Made by a program: the position numbers and the translations under genes
Origin: an uncultured virus (IMG/VR IMGVR_UViG_3300031419_000541)
Taxonomy: Duplodnaviria; Heunggongvirae; Uroviricota; Caudoviricetes
Direction: 5' to 3' (one strand)
Virus record (IMG/VR): IMGVR_UViG_3300031419_000541
Length of the DNA stretch: 64,000 bases
The notes under the pieces: generated by a model
The model's input: only the letters and a program-made list of their open reading frames with translations
What the model was told of the DNA's origin: nothing
Databases searched by the model: none
In this document: one piece after another, positions 20,702-31,215 of the stretch
How the letters are laid out: each line of letters starts with the position of its first letter
How positions within the stretch are numbered: position 1 is the stretch's first letter

Positions 20702-21052
20702 ATGAGTCAGGAAAAACTTATTTCAGTTATGTTAAAGGCAGCAAATGGACAAGTTTTTACAGGTCTTTTTGTCATTAAAAATGAAGATCTGGAACTGGCG
20801 AAAAAAGTTAATCCTCCTATGTGTATAAGTTCGGGAACAGGGCCGCACTCTAAACATTTTTGTCATTTTAATGATTTTGAAATTACGGTTAAATCGAAAG
20901 ACCAGCAACTCATCAATGTGCTTCGCCAAAAAAATCTCTTAACAACCGGTTACAATTTACTGGATATTCTGGAAAATTCCTGTAACAGCCCTGAGTGGCG
21001 AGACGGTATTGTTAATAAGGCATATGCAAGACTGGCGATTATGGCTGCTTGA
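20702..21052 (+). CDS. hypothetical protein
   Basis: ATG at 20702 after GAGGTG. Confidence 0.7.
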   Translation: MSQEKLISVMLKAANGQVFTGLFVIKNEDLELAKKVNPPMCISSGTGPHSKHFCHFNDFEITVKSKDQQLINVLRQKNLLTTGYNLLDILENSCNSPEWRDGIVNKAYARLAIMAA

Positions 21053-21110
21053 AACTTGTACCGCATAAGCGATTGTGGTATGCTTTACGCTCAATCAAAA
21101 GATATAGGAT

Positions 21111-21653
21111 GTGAAAATGTTAACCGCAATTTTGAATAAAATGGGTTTTGTTTCACGAGAATCTGCACAAGCAATGGCTGTTACTGAGTCAAAACATGCC
21201 ATTGAAGCATATATCAAACAAAAAAATGAAAATAAACTGGAATCCGAACGTAATATTAATATCGGTCGACCAGTTATTACTTTGACAAATGCAGAAAATG
21301 CTATAAGTATCGGTATTATCTCAGATTATATGACTAAGGATAATTCTTTTTCATCTTCCATACCGATTGTCAAAACATTTTATTGCAACCGCAAGGATCA
21401 TGAAAACTTTGTTCCTGGAGAGGAACAGATCTGTTTTGCGACCTGCGTAGAGTATTCAGAAGAGCGTTTAAAGGCATTACTTAAGCTTACAGGTACAGAG
21501 CGCACATTATTGTTTACTGAGATATACAAATATGGTCGTGATAAAATGGATTTTCCTGTTCTTGCAGATAAGCAACCAGAATATGAAGAAATTGTAAATG
21601 CTTTGAAAAAAACTTCTTTTTTTGAAGAAAGTGAATTATATTATCAGGATTGA
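21111..21653 (+). CDS. hypothetical protein
   Basis: 180 aa; followed by terminator AAAAGCCGC acaa GCGGCTTTT. Confidence 0.75.
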   Translation: MKMLTAILNKMGFVSRESAQAMAVTESKHAIEAYIKQKNENKLESERNINIGRPVITLTNAENAISIGIISDYMTKDNSFSSSIPIVKTFYCNRKDHENFVPGEEQICFATCVEYSEERLKALLKLTGTERTLLFTEIYKYGRDKMDFPVLADKQPEYEEIVNALKKTSFFEESELYYQD

Positions 21654-21706
21654 ATAGTAATAAAAGCCGCACAAGCGGCTTTTATTTTAAGTGAGGATAA
21701 TTAATT

Positions 21707-22567
21707 ATGAACAATTACCGATTTAATATAGGGAATATTAATTTATGCAATAAAAAGGAAATATTTAACTGGTTTAAGCAATTTAAAAAAGAATCTGGTT
21801 TCGATTCCAGTGTTTGTTATGAATTATTAAAGATAGCAAAATCTCAACGCTATCACAAAGAAGTCATTATTCCAGAAGATATTTTTTTATCCGTAACAAA
21901 AAATAAACTCCCTCTCACAGAAAGCTCTATCTGGTTATATAGAGGTCAACTACCTTCTTTTCCAAAAGAGTTGAGTACAGAAAAGTTTTTTGAAGCACAG
22001 AAAATTATTCGAAAAAAAATAGTAAGCCATGTTCGCGAAGGTGAAGAAGAGCTGGCACTCGCTTTATTGGATAAACTTCGTGAAATCTTTTATGATAGTG
22101 GTATTACATGGGCTCCAAGTTTTGACCATGAATATTTCGTAAAAATTACAGATTATAAATTTATTATGCCAGAAGATCTGACTGCACCTGACTTTATGAA
22201 GTGGGTAAGTGAGCTTAAAAAAATAACAAGATTGTCTTCAAAAGACAGTCTTATTTTTGCAAAAAAAGTAAAAGAAAACTCGGTTGATGGTGTAATGAGT
22301 ATAAGTTATCCTGAATTAATGAAATTGACAGGAGGCGTGGAAATTGAAACCTGTGATATTTTTATGAGAGAAAGAAAGGTAAATGCTTTACCTGAATATT
22401 TCCATAAACAATCAAGAGAAGAAATTAAAGAAATGCAAAAAATGAGTATCATTGATGAATTGATAAAGATCTCGGTTGGTGAAAAAGAAAGGCTAAATGT
22501 ATACCTTGTAAATCATTTAATCGAAAATTTAATAGAGGAAAACAAAGTTCCTAAATGCATAGCTTAA
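21707..22567 (+). CDS. hypothetical protein with possible internal duplication
   Basis: 286 aa; FNWFKQFKKESGFDS and MKWVSELKKITRLSS halves resemble each other. Confidence 0.75.
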   Translation: MNNYRFNIGNINLCNKKEIFNWFKQFKKESGFDSSVCYELLKIAKSQRYHKEVIIPEDIFLSVTKNKLPLTESSIWLYRGQLPSFPKELSTEKFFEAQKIIRKKIVSHVREGEEELALALLDKLREIFYDSGITWAPSFDHEYFVKITDYKFIMPEDLTAPDFMKWVSELKKITRLSSKDSLIFAKKVKENSVDGVMSISYPELMKLTGGVEIETCDIFMRERKVNALPEYFHKQSREEIKEMQKMSIIDELIKISVGEKERLNVYLVNHLIENLIEENKVPKCIA

Positions 22568-22658
22568 ATTTGTTCAGTTTTTTTGATAATCTCAAACAAC
22601 ATTATTTGGCTAAAAATCGTTGATTATTTCTTCTTTTTTAATTATATTGTTTATGTAA

Positions 22659-22674
22659 CGTGATTCGTATCACA
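22659..22674. promoter_or_regulatory. CRP-like box downstream of a TTGATT-17-TATATT promoter
   Basis: cGTGA-ttcgta-TCACA versus CRP consensus TGTGA-N6-TCACA. Confidence 0.45.
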
Positions 22675-22711
22675 TAAAAACATTAATTAAAAAACTTAAA
22701 AGGAATAAAAA

Positions 22712-22855
22712 ATGAAAAATATATCAAAAATTTTGGCAATCGCATTGTTTGGTATGATTATGAATTCTGCATATGCATCGTCTGATAATAATGCTCAGGA
22801 AAATGTGCAGCAAACCAAAAGTTTCCAGACATATGTAGTACATAATCAGAAATAA
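22712..22855 (+). CDS. 47 aa secreted peptide (not in ORF track)
   Basis: MKNISKILAIALFGMIMNSAYA/SSDNNAQENVQQTKSFQTYVVHNQK; AAGGA RBS, AxA cleavage site, own terminator at about 22875-22904. Confidence 0.7.
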   Translation: MKNISKILAIALFGMIMNSAYASSDNNAQENVQQTKSFQTYVVHNQK

Positions 22856-22991
22856 ATAAGAATGAGTTAATATAAAAAAAGAAGACAAAAGTCTTCTTTT
22901 TTTTGTGCCTATAAGTTGGCACATTGAATAAAGTAGAATATAGTTTTAAACTTTGATACAATAATAAAAATATAAATATGAGGAAGTCTAA

Positions 22992-24179
22992 ATGGGGCGT
23001 TCAACCATAACAAAGTTAGTTGATGATAAAGATAGTATAGTTATGTATACACGCTATGGGGGCTATCCCGAGGATACTGAATGGTATATTAAAAATAGTG
23101 TTTCTTTATGGCGAAAAAATATAGATTTGCTAAGAACTATTCAAAAAGAAAAAGGAAATCTTGGAACATATCGGTTTACTACATGGATAAATGACATGGA
23201 AGCATTATTGAACGATTATGAAAAGACCCGTGGTGCTGATATAGCAGCCGTACTATTGGCGTCAGTTAAAATAAATGGTCATAGGCCGGTTCCTGAATCA
23301 GGAGAAAATCAGGAGATATTAGACGAACTGGGTAATGCTGAATGTTTTGAGTGTCAGTTTGATCTAGTGAAACAATGTTTTACTGAAACTGAACATACAA
23401 CCAGCGTTGTTCCCTCTTCTTTATCAGATTATTCAATTGGAGAAATTACAGATTTCGAAGAAGGTAATGCTAAAACGCGTTTTAAATTTAAAGATATTTC
23501 AAAAGAAGAACTGCAAATAAAATTGTTTTTATTGCCTTTTTTTATAAGGGATTTCTTTATGTTTTCAAGAGAAATTATTTATATTGAAAAAGAAAGTAAG
23601 GAAAGCCCCCCACCTTATCGAAATTTTGCGATGAATTTTTCATACAATACGCTTTCTTCATTCTATAGACAAACGGATAACGCTGACAGGACAGACAAGA
23701 AAAGACTAGTTAAAAAATTAAATCAAGGATATGACTTTGAAAAAAATCAGAAGAAAATTGCAAGTGAAGAGGAAAAAATTGAGGACTTAGAAAACATCAT
23801 ATTTGAAATTGAAAATAAAATGATATTTCCAATGGATATATCAGGAGGAAGTTTAATTTCTTTACTTTCACTTATGCTTCCAGGTAAAGTGTTTCCATTA
23901 ACTGAATCGGAAAAAGCGTGTTCTCCAGAATCGGTATGTGAAATAGAGATTCTGGAAGGAGGTAACATTAACCTCGAGTGTGAGAATCCACAGGAATTGA
24001 AAGAATATATAGATATAGCCGTTTATCCATACAGAAAAAGTATAGAAGTTGAGTATGGACTAAAAGAATTTGAACAGGATTATTATCACTTAAAAGAGAA
24101 TCATATTTATTTTAATTTACCAGAAAGCATTGCAAAAGCTATGTATAACCAGCGAACGATAGAGATACTAAATCAGTAA
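22992..24179 (+). CDS. hypothetical protein, N-terminus like phage 'Y.H.DGYP' family
   Basis: MGRSTITKL...MYTRYGGYPE; GAGG RBS. Confidence 0.8.
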   Translation: MGRSTITKLVDDKDSIVMYTRYGGYPEDTEWYIKNSVSLWRKNIDLLRTIQKEKGNLGTYRFTTWINDMEALLNDYEKTRGADIAAVLLASVKINGHRPVPESGENQEILDELGNAECFECQFDLVKQCFTETEHTTSVVPSSLSDYSIGEITDFEEGNAKTRFKFKDISKEELQIKLFLLPFFIRDFFMFSREIIYIEKESKESPPPYRNFAMNFSYNTLSSFYRQTDNADRTDKKRLVKKLNQGYDFEKNQKKIASEEEKIEDLENIIFEIENKMIFPMDISGGSLISLLSLMLPGKVFPLTESEKACSPESVCEIEILEGGNINLECENPQELKEYIDIAVYPYRKSIEVEYGLKEFEQDYYHLKENHIYFNLPESIAKAMYNQRTIEILNQ

Positions 24180-24239
24180 TTTGGCTGGCAATTAAAAGAA
24201 GAAGCATTTGGTCTTCTTCTTTTTTTATCTTAATTAAGA

Positions 24240-24620
24240 TCAGAATAGTGATTTTTTGTGAAAAACAAGAAACTCCTGATAACAGTGGTGCTCAGAAAGA
24301 TATGTCTGAAGTTCTGTATAAAAATATTTTTTTATTCTAAAAAAAAGCATTACTGAATGAGTAATGAAAGCAAAAATAAGATAATAAAATGCTGAGGCAA
24401 ACAAGGCTGTTTCAGAAAAAAAAGGATTAGCCAGAAAAAAGCAAACGCAAACTGAAATATAAATTAGAAAAAGTGTAGTAACAGGTTTAAAAAAATTAAA
24501 AAAACATTCATGCATATAATTATACTGAGAGGCAAATCTCAAATTTTTAGGTAAGTTTCGTATTGAAAAATATGCTTTTGCTTTTTCGGAATCTGAAATG
24601 AATTGACCGCGTATGTTCAT
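24240..24620 (-). CDS. membrane protein
   Basis: Two hydrophobic segments, GGAG RBS. Confidence 0.7.
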   Translation of the reverse strand: MNIRGQFISDSEKAKAYFSIRNLPKNLRFASQYNYMHECFFNFFKPVTTLFLIYISVCVCFFLANPFFSETALFASAFYYLIFAFITHSVMLFFRIKKYFYTELQTYLSEHHCYQEFLVFHKKSLF

Positions 24621-24623
24621 TTT

Positions 24624-25259
24624 TTACTCCTTTTTCTCTGCTTCAAAAAGCTGAATGGCTTTTTCATTATGCCGATAGTAATCGTTATGAAAAGGCAGGT
24701 GAACATATTGAATTTTACAATCAGTGAGTGTTTCAGAAAGTTTTTCAGCAGGAAGAAGATAAAAATCCACTTTTTTATTCATGAAGTTTTCATCGGTAAA
24801 ACCATATAGCTTACCAGATACTGTTTTAACAATAACCGGAAGTTTATATTCTGTAACAACACGACTTTTGACGATAGGCATAAGAGTTTTGCCGACCATG
24901 ATATTTTCTGTATAAGTTTGAGTGTATACATGCTTATTTGGGATTGTTTTTAATACTCCCAGATCTGTCATGTAAGTAATATTAATGTCAGGAGAATGAA
25001 AGCATTCCTGAGCAGTTTCTTTTAATGCTTTGTGTTTATTAACAAGGATACTTTTAAACTCCTGAATATCTTTTGTTCTGGTATACCATAAATAACCAGA
25101 AAAACAGGGGACAAAAGGAATAATGAAACAAGAAATAAACCAAACGAATCCTAAAAATCCTCTCATTTGATTAAACTCGATATGAGTAACCACAATAAGA
25201 AAAGCAATAATTGCTGACCATAATGTAATGCTTTTATATTTATTAAGTTGTTCTTGCAT
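24624..25259 (-). CDS. membrane protein
   Basis: ATG at 25259 after AGGA; two N-terminal TM segments. Confidence 0.75.
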   Translation of the reverse strand: MQEQLNKYKSITLWSAIIAFLIVVTHIEFNQMRGFLGFVWFISCFIIPFVPCFSGYLWYTRTKDIQEFKSILVNKHKALKETAQECFHSPDINITYMTDLGVLKTIPNKHVYTQTYTENIMVGKTLMPIVKSRVVTEYKLPVIVKTVSGKLYGFTDENFMNKKVDFYLLPAEKLSETLTDCKIQYVHLPFHNDYYRHNEKAIQLFEAEKKE

Positions 25260-25377
25260 AATATAATCCTGAATTGTTTTAAGGATTATATCATAACAAA
25301 AGATCAAAGATCTATCTTTTTAACCATTTATCGGAATTAAAAAAAGAAGAAGCTTGGCATAACTTCTTCTTTTTCAG

Positions 25378-27396
25378 TTAAAGAGGATAAATAGCTTTAT
25401 AATATTCTCTGACTTTATCAATACAATATGATTCCTGTGTTTTCTCTGCCCATATCTTCCAGGGAATATGCGATTCTTTTGGATATTTTTTAAGATACCT
25501 ATGGAGTTCCTTTTTTAATTTATATTCAAGAAAACGCTTAGGAAACTTTTTACGGTATATTTTTGACAGAAGATACAGTATCGTTATCATCGATACTGCA
25601 GTCAGTGTAATTTTTAAAATTATATTCAGATTAAACCAAGAAAGAATTTTTTTGATATTTATATCGGAAAAATTCATCTTCTTAAACATAAAATCTGGCT
25701 GAATTTTATCAAACATGTGTTGCATCCATTCAGGTCTGCCATTATCCATTGTTGCAACGGTGTTATCAGTAGTGATCCAGCCTGCACCATCCCAATAAAG
25801 ATTCCAGGCATGACCATTCTTTTTATTTCCTGATAAATTATTATCTTCATGGTCAATAATAAGTCCTGTCGCATACTGTGAAGGAATATTATAATATCGC
25901 AGTATAAGAGCTGTGGCTGTTGCAAAATATTCGCAGTGTCCTTTTCTGTCCCTGAGTAAAAAGTCTTCCAGCGTTCTTCCATGACCATTATAGCGAAGCT
26001 TAAGTGTATAGGTGAAATTGTTATTAAACCATTTGTGAATCTTGTTTACCTTTTGGTAAACGTTATCTTTATCATTAATGCCAATTTCAGGTGCTATTTG
26101 TGCAATTAAATCCCTTTGAGAAGAACTTAAAATTAGATCCTCTGGGAAAGGTGTTCTGTATTGGACATATACAGAATCGGCATAAGCGATATTCAGTATC
26201 TGGTATTCATGAAGTTTCCCATAAGTGGTAATGCTTTGCATTGATTTATTTGCAGTGAACCTTTTATTTTCAGGAATAATAGAAATAACATTAGGTGGAA
26301 AATAAGATAATACAAAAGAAGGCGTTTTTATTTTTATCTTTTTTACAACCGGAGCAGCAGCACGGTTAAGAAATTGGGGTTTGAAAGAGAGCATGAATTT
26401 TTTAGGATCATGTCGAATAACATCAGATAAGTAATATTGTCTTAAACTGTATACCTCTGGGAATGAAGCAGTATGTTGAGTAAATAAATAGTCTTTTTTA
26501 TTTAAAAGGCTTCTGTAATAATCATTACTGAAAGGATTTTTGTTTAAATAAAAGTCTTTCTGATAAGCTGCCTCTTTATAGGTTAAAAACAAATATCCCA
26601 TTTGAAGTAACGTTTTGCCATTTATAATATGGCGAGATATATTTATAATATCATTATCTCTTTTATAATAATCCGTATCGCTCCATTGGGTTTCACCATA
26701 AATATAATCAATGAAGTTTGATTGTGTATTACTATAAAAGTAAGGCTGGTGCGGAGCCCGACCTTGACCCGTAAAAATAACTTTATTGGGTAGTTTTAAG
26801 ATTGAAAGAGGTGAGCCGATAGCAGAACTATATGGCATATCAAGATCAAAAGCAGGAAAATGTAAGGAAATATAATCACCAAATTTTGTATTCGTTAATA
26901 TTCCGGCAGTTAATAAAATAAGAACCATGCTGGCAGAATAAATTTTTCTTTTTGAATGATAACAAATCTGAATAATAATTAGTGCAGCAAGCCAAATGAT
27001 AAAGAAAAGCTGTGTACCCATTAAAAGATATAAACAGGCTATTTCAATAATCGATATAATAAAGAATGCATAAGGGATATCTGATTCTTTTGTGTAATAA
27101 ATATCGAGAATAAACATAAATATTGTACTGAATAAAATAATATAAGACTGAATGAATAAATCCGGTATGAGCAATAAAGACATATAGAATATAAGCAGAA
27201 AAGGTAATTTTTGCTTTGAAAAAGAGTTCTTCTTTTTCAAAGGCCTGTCTTTTAAAAAGAAAGAAATCAACATAATCAGGGTATAAAATGCACTGATAAA
27301 TGAAATATAAATATCAAAATTTAAAATGGCAATAATAAAGAAAGTCAGTGTATGGATAATTTTTTCAATATTAAATCTGGTCAGCCCTGATTTCAT
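25378..27396 (-). CDS. membrane transglutaminase-like protein (TgpA-like)
   Basis: N-terminal TMs; GHCEYFATA, GHAW and WITTDNT give a Cys-His-Asp triad; TAATG coupling. Confidence 0.85.
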   Translation of the reverse strand: MKSGLTRFNIEKIIHTLTFFIIAILNFDIYISFISAFYTLIMLISFFLKDRPLKKKNSFSKQKLPFLLIFYMSLLLIPDLFIQSYIILFSTIFMFILDIYYTKESDIPYAFFIISIIEIACLYLLMGTQLFFIIWLAALIIIQICYHSKRKIYSASMVLILLTAGILTNTKFGDYISLHFPAFDLDMPYSSAIGSPLSILKLPNKVIFTGQGRAPHQPYFYSNTQSNFIDYIYGETQWSDTDYYKRDNDIINISRHIINGKTLLQMGYLFLTYKEAAYQKDFYLNKNPFSNDYYRSLLNKKDYLFTQHTASFPEVYSLRQYYLSDVIRHDPKKFMLSFKPQFLNRAAAPVVKKIKIKTPSFVLSYFPPNVISIIPENKRFTANKSMQSITTYGKLHEYQILNIAYADSVYVQYRTPFPEDLILSSSQRDLIAQIAPEIGINDKDNVYQKVNKIHKWFNNNFTYTLKLRYNGHGRTLEDFLLRDRKGHCEYFATATALILRYYNIPSQYATGLIIDHEDNNLSGNKKNGHAWNLYWDGAGWITTDNTVATMDNGRPEWMQHMFDKIQPDFMFKKMNFSDINIKKILSWFNLNIILKITLTAVSMITILYLLSKIYRKKFPKRFLEYKLKKELHRYLKKYPKESHIPWKIWAEKTQESYCIDKVREYYKAIYPL

Positions 27397-28376
27397 TATT
27401 TGTTCTCCACAACAATACAATTACGCATATTTAGGGTTTTTCGTGTTGTAATGACAAGCATGTCAGGTTGTTCTTGTATGGTGAGCAATTTTTTTTTGAA
27501 ACATATTCTTTTTTTCATTGCCAGTGTTTCTAAAAAAAGCTGTTTATCTTTATTGAGTATGAAAATGGTATCATTCATAATCACTTTTTTAATATACTGA
27601 CGATACGGAGAATATAAAACAAGGTGGGTAATATTCTGGATAAGCAGATCCATGGCTTTTTTATCACTGCGTTTATTTGTAAAGGTATCAATAAATAAGG
27701 TAACAGAAGGTTTATCTTTTGCATAAAATTGATTAACCTGAAATTTTCCTTGTTTAGACGATTGTTTCCAGTTGATATCTTTAAATTTATCACCTGGCTG
27801 ATAGTCTCGCAGACCTAATATATAGTCACGATTTCTTGTTTTATGTCCCATATTATTAATTTTGTGTTCAATTTCTTTATTTCTCACAGGTTCAGGTAAA
27901 ACAATAATAGATTGATCCTGTTCACAATGAACGTAATTAACCGTATGTAAATGAATTAAGTCCATTTCGGTAAAGCGTATGTTTTGTAATTTAATACATG
28001 CAGGCTTACTCAGATTTAACGTAAGTTTCAACGTATAATTATCAGTCCATTCCATTTTTGATTTTTTAGGTGTTATAGAGAGCTTATAAATGTTCGGCTT
28101 TTTGTGTTTGAATAATTCTTGCTCTGCTGAGAAAAATAATGAAACATCCTGATTAACATGCGTTAAAAGAAAAGGTGTTGGGTTTTCACAGATTATCTTA
28201 GTTTTTTTGTGAGAAATCCATAGCGTTCGGATAATGCTTTCAGCAAAAAGAAAAACAAGTATAAAGAAAAATATAAAAGCCGGATTGTATTCCTGATTAA
28301 TAAGAACAGCAAGGCTGAACATCAGTGCGATATGTCCCAGGAAATAAAAAATTCCTGAAAAAGAAAATCGTATCAT
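27396..28376 (-). CDS. DUF58 domain protein
   Basis: GLRDYQPGDKFKDINWKQSSK motif; located between MoxR and transglutaminase. Confidence 0.85.
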   Translation of the reverse strand: MIRFSFSGIFYFLGHIALMFSLAVLINQEYNPAFIFFFILVFLFAESIIRTLWISHKKTKIICENPTPFLLTHVNQDVSLFFSAEQELFKHKKPNIYKLSITPKKSKMEWTDNYTLKLTLNLSKPACIKLQNIRFTEMDLIHLHTVNYVHCEQDQSIIVLPEPVRNKEIEHKINNMGHKTRNRDYILGLRDYQPGDKFKDINWKQSSKQGKFQVNQFYAKDKPSVTLFIDTFTNKRSDKKAMDLLIQNITHLVLYSPYRQYIKKVIMNDTIFILNKDKQLFLETLAMKKRICFKKKLLTIQEQPDMLVITTRKTLNMRNCIVVENK

Positions 28377-29284
28377 TAGGGTTTAACCTTTTTGATACAC
28401 GTATCAATGATATCTTCAACACGTTGAGCATCGTAATTATAAGCATTATTAATAATAATACGATGGTTAAGAACAGGTTTGATTAATGTAAAAATATGAT
28501 CAGGTAAAACCTGTTGATCTCCATTTATATAAGCCAGTGCACGGGCATTATTGATAAGGTCTTTCCCTGCACGAAGAGAAATATTATTTTTAATTTCATC
28601 ATGAGATTTAAACGAATGAATAATGTTAAGTGCATAGTGTGCCACATCATGATTAACCGGAATATTTTTGATCTGTTCTTTAATTAAAGACAAATCGTCA
28701 AGTGTGGCAACATGTGTCTGTTTGTGGTAATCAAAAAGTCCAAGCATAACAGAAACTTCGTCTTCTTTTGATAAATGATTAAGAGTTATATTCATGCTGA
28801 ACCGGTCTTTCTGCGCCGAGGGAAGATCAAACATGCCTTCTTCTTCTAGTGGGTTTTGCGTAGCGATAACACAAAAATTTGAACTTAATGAATAAGTATT
28901 GCGATCAATGGTTATCTGTTTCTCTGCCATAGCCTCAAGCAATGAGGATTGAGTTCGGGGTAATGCCCTGTTTATTTCATCAACCAAAAGGAGATCGCTG
29001 AACAAAGGACCTTTATGTAGTTCCCATAATTTTGTTTCCTGATTAAAAATATTCATTCCCGTAACATCGGTTGGCGAGATATCAGGCGTAAACTGGATGC
29101 GACCATACTGCAAAGAAAAAAGATCTGATATTATTTTGGCCAGAGTGGTTTTACCGGTTCCTGGCTCGTCGGTAAGTAACAAATTGCCACCGGAAAGAAG
29201 TACACATAAAACTAAATCAAGCTTAGCTGGATCAATTTTAAAGCATTCATTAATACGATCTTTAATCAGTTTAATTACAGTCAT
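28376..29284 (-). CDS. moxR: MoxR-family AAA+ ATPase
   Basis: PGTGKTTLA, RIQFTPD, LLVDEINRA, ATQNPLE, LPSAQKDRF. Confidence 0.92.
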   Translation of the reverse strand: MTVIKLIKDRINECFKIDPAKLDLVLCVLLSGGNLLLTDEPGTGKTTLAKIISDLFSLQYGRIQFTPDISPTDVTGMNIFNQETKLWELHKGPLFSDLLLVDEINRALPRTQSSLLEAMAEKQITIDRNTYSLSSNFCVIATQNPLEEEGMFDLPSAQKDRFSMNITLNHLSKEDEVSVMLGLFDYHKQTHVATLDDLSLIKEQIKNIPVNHDVAHYALNIIHSFKSHDEIKNNISLRAGKDLINNARALAYINGDQQVLPDHIFTLIKPVLNHRIIINNAYNYDAQRVEDIIDTCIKKVKP

Positions 29285-29366
29285 ATAAATATATTCCTTT
29301 TTAATTTAAGAAAGTATACCATTCGAATTATCAAAAAATCAAATGGTATATTTGATAGGAACATAA

Positions 29367-31157
29367 TTATAGTCTGTTAACGATTTTCTTTTGTGGAATA
29401 GTTGTTATTTTTTGATTAAGGGAGAATTTTTCAATGCTGATTTTTATATCTTCAAAGGTATTCGCTGAATCAGAAATATTTAAAAAAGACTGGTTTTTAA
29501 AGCAATTTATTATAAATTGTTCCATTTCTTTTGACGCTTCATTACTGTAAATATGTTCAAGATTTGATATTTGATCAAAGAATAAAGATGATACGCACAA
29601 TTTATTGTTTAAAATATTTTGACATAAATGATTAATTATCTGAAAAAGATGATTTTGAGCAAAAATCACAGGCAGGCCTTCCATTCGCTCGTTTTCTATT
29701 GTATCCAAATGCCAAAAATTTACAGATGCATTATAGACTTCGATTAATTGCAGATAACAGCTGTCTGATAGTTCCTGATTATTAAGAAGATCTGTTTTAT
29801 CTAATATAACCTGAATAAGGGGTTGATCTTTTTCATATTGCCATAAAGATTGTTCTTTCCATACAAAAGGATTAGGAATTCTTTGAAATTGTGTTAATTT
29901 TTCCTGAAATATATCATTCAATAATTTGCTGAAATGAATAACCGCCTGCTGAAAGTCAGGATAACTTTCAATAAATAATTTAAAATCATTTGGCTTTAAA
30001 TTGGGTGTCTGGTAAACACTATTAAAAATAAAAGCATTACTTGAACTAATTTTTAGATCAAAATTAATATTTTTTGCTTCACGAATAAATAGAGAATAGA
30101 ACTCTACCGGTTTATAGATAGTGTTTCCAGCTTCGAGAAGAGAATGAAAAATAGTCTGTTTCATGATACCATTATCACGATTAATAAGCTTAAGAAAATC
30201 CATAAAGTGATCACTTCGCTCACTGTAAAACTGATAGTGATTTAAATCTTTTATTCTAACACCTGAGTGCATAAATAAGTTAAATTCAAAGAAAAAGTGA
30301 GAAAGTATTGTGTTTAATTTATCTTGTTGAGATGCTGATCCTGTTGGAATATGTAGAAAATCTTCTTTGACAAGAAGATAAGTGGTTTCCATTTGTTTAA
30401 ATGTGATTTTATTTTGCAGATAATGAAAAAAAGCACCTTTTAAAAAAGATAATCCTTCTTCTATTTTTTCATTACCCGTGCTGATTAAATGACTTTGTTT
30501 CATAAATCGGTGAAATGTATCATGAATAAAAAGACCGGAATAATAAACATCATCAATAAAATTTGATGAATATAACTCATTAGGATATTTTTTATCCATA
30601 ATATCAAAGATAGAATAGATACGTTCTAACTGTTCAGGCTTTGCATTGAACAAATCAGGAAAACAACTAATGAAATAATAATGAAAACCATCTTCCTGAA
30701 TAGACAATTCAGTATCGGTTAAAACTTTATCAATTATTTTATCTTTCTCATATTCTCCAGTCAAAACTCGTTCAAGCGTAAAAGCAATAAAATTATGATG
30801 ACCGTATACTTCAAATTCATGCACAAGAGAATCAAAGTGTTTGTCAAAAAATTGATAGGATTCTTCTTTATTGACAAAATGAGAATAGAAATCGTTATTG
30901 ATGGCATGTAAAAACCATTTTTTATAATCAGAAAGTGCTTCTGCATTTTGAACGGTTAGGGTATTCCCATAATCAATACAGAGTTGAACAAATAATTGTT
31001 GTGGTATTAAAGGAAAGCTAAAAAGAACGTCGAAATTTTCGGTTCTTTCTGTCATTCTCTTGATCATTTTAGGAATATTTTGTTGTTGTGTCTTCTCGTC
31101 TGCTTTTGTAAAACGAAGAAGTTGTTGTCTGAAAATCCAGTCACTGATTATCTGCAT
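29367..31157 (-). CDS. hypothetical protein with C-terminal tag
   Basis: 596 aa; ends IEKFSLN...VNRL. Confidence 0.85.
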   Translation of the reverse strand: MQIISDWIFRQQLLRFTKADEKTQQQNIPKMIKRMTERTENFDVLFSFPLIPQQLFVQLCIDYGNTLTVQNAEALSDYKKWFLHAINNDFYSHFVNKEESYQFFDKHFDSLVHEFEVYGHHNFIAFTLERVLTGEYEKDKIIDKVLTDTELSIQEDGFHYYFISCFPDLFNAKPEQLERIYSIFDIMDKKYPNELYSSNFIDDVYYSGLFIHDTFHRFMKQSHLISTGNEKIEEGLSFLKGAFFHYLQNKITFKQMETTYLLVKEDFLHIPTGSASQQDKLNTILSHFFFEFNLFMHSGVRIKDLNHYQFYSERSDHFMDFLKLINRDNGIMKQTIFHSLLEAGNTIYKPVEFYSLFIREAKNINFDLKISSSNAFIFNSVYQTPNLKPNDFKLFIESYPDFQQAVIHFSKLLNDIFQEKLTQFQRIPNPFVWKEQSLWQYEKDQPLIQVILDKTDLLNNQELSDSCYLQLIEVYNASVNFWHLDTIENERMEGLPVIFAQNHLFQIINHLCQNILNNKLCVSSLFFDQISNLEHIYSNEASKEMEQFIINCFKNQSFLNISDSANTFEDIKISIEKFSLNQKITTIPQKKIVNRL

Positions 31158-31215
31158 ACGCTTGTCTCAATCATGTTTTTTCTTTATTATAACTTTTTCC
31201 AGTATAAGATGCTAC

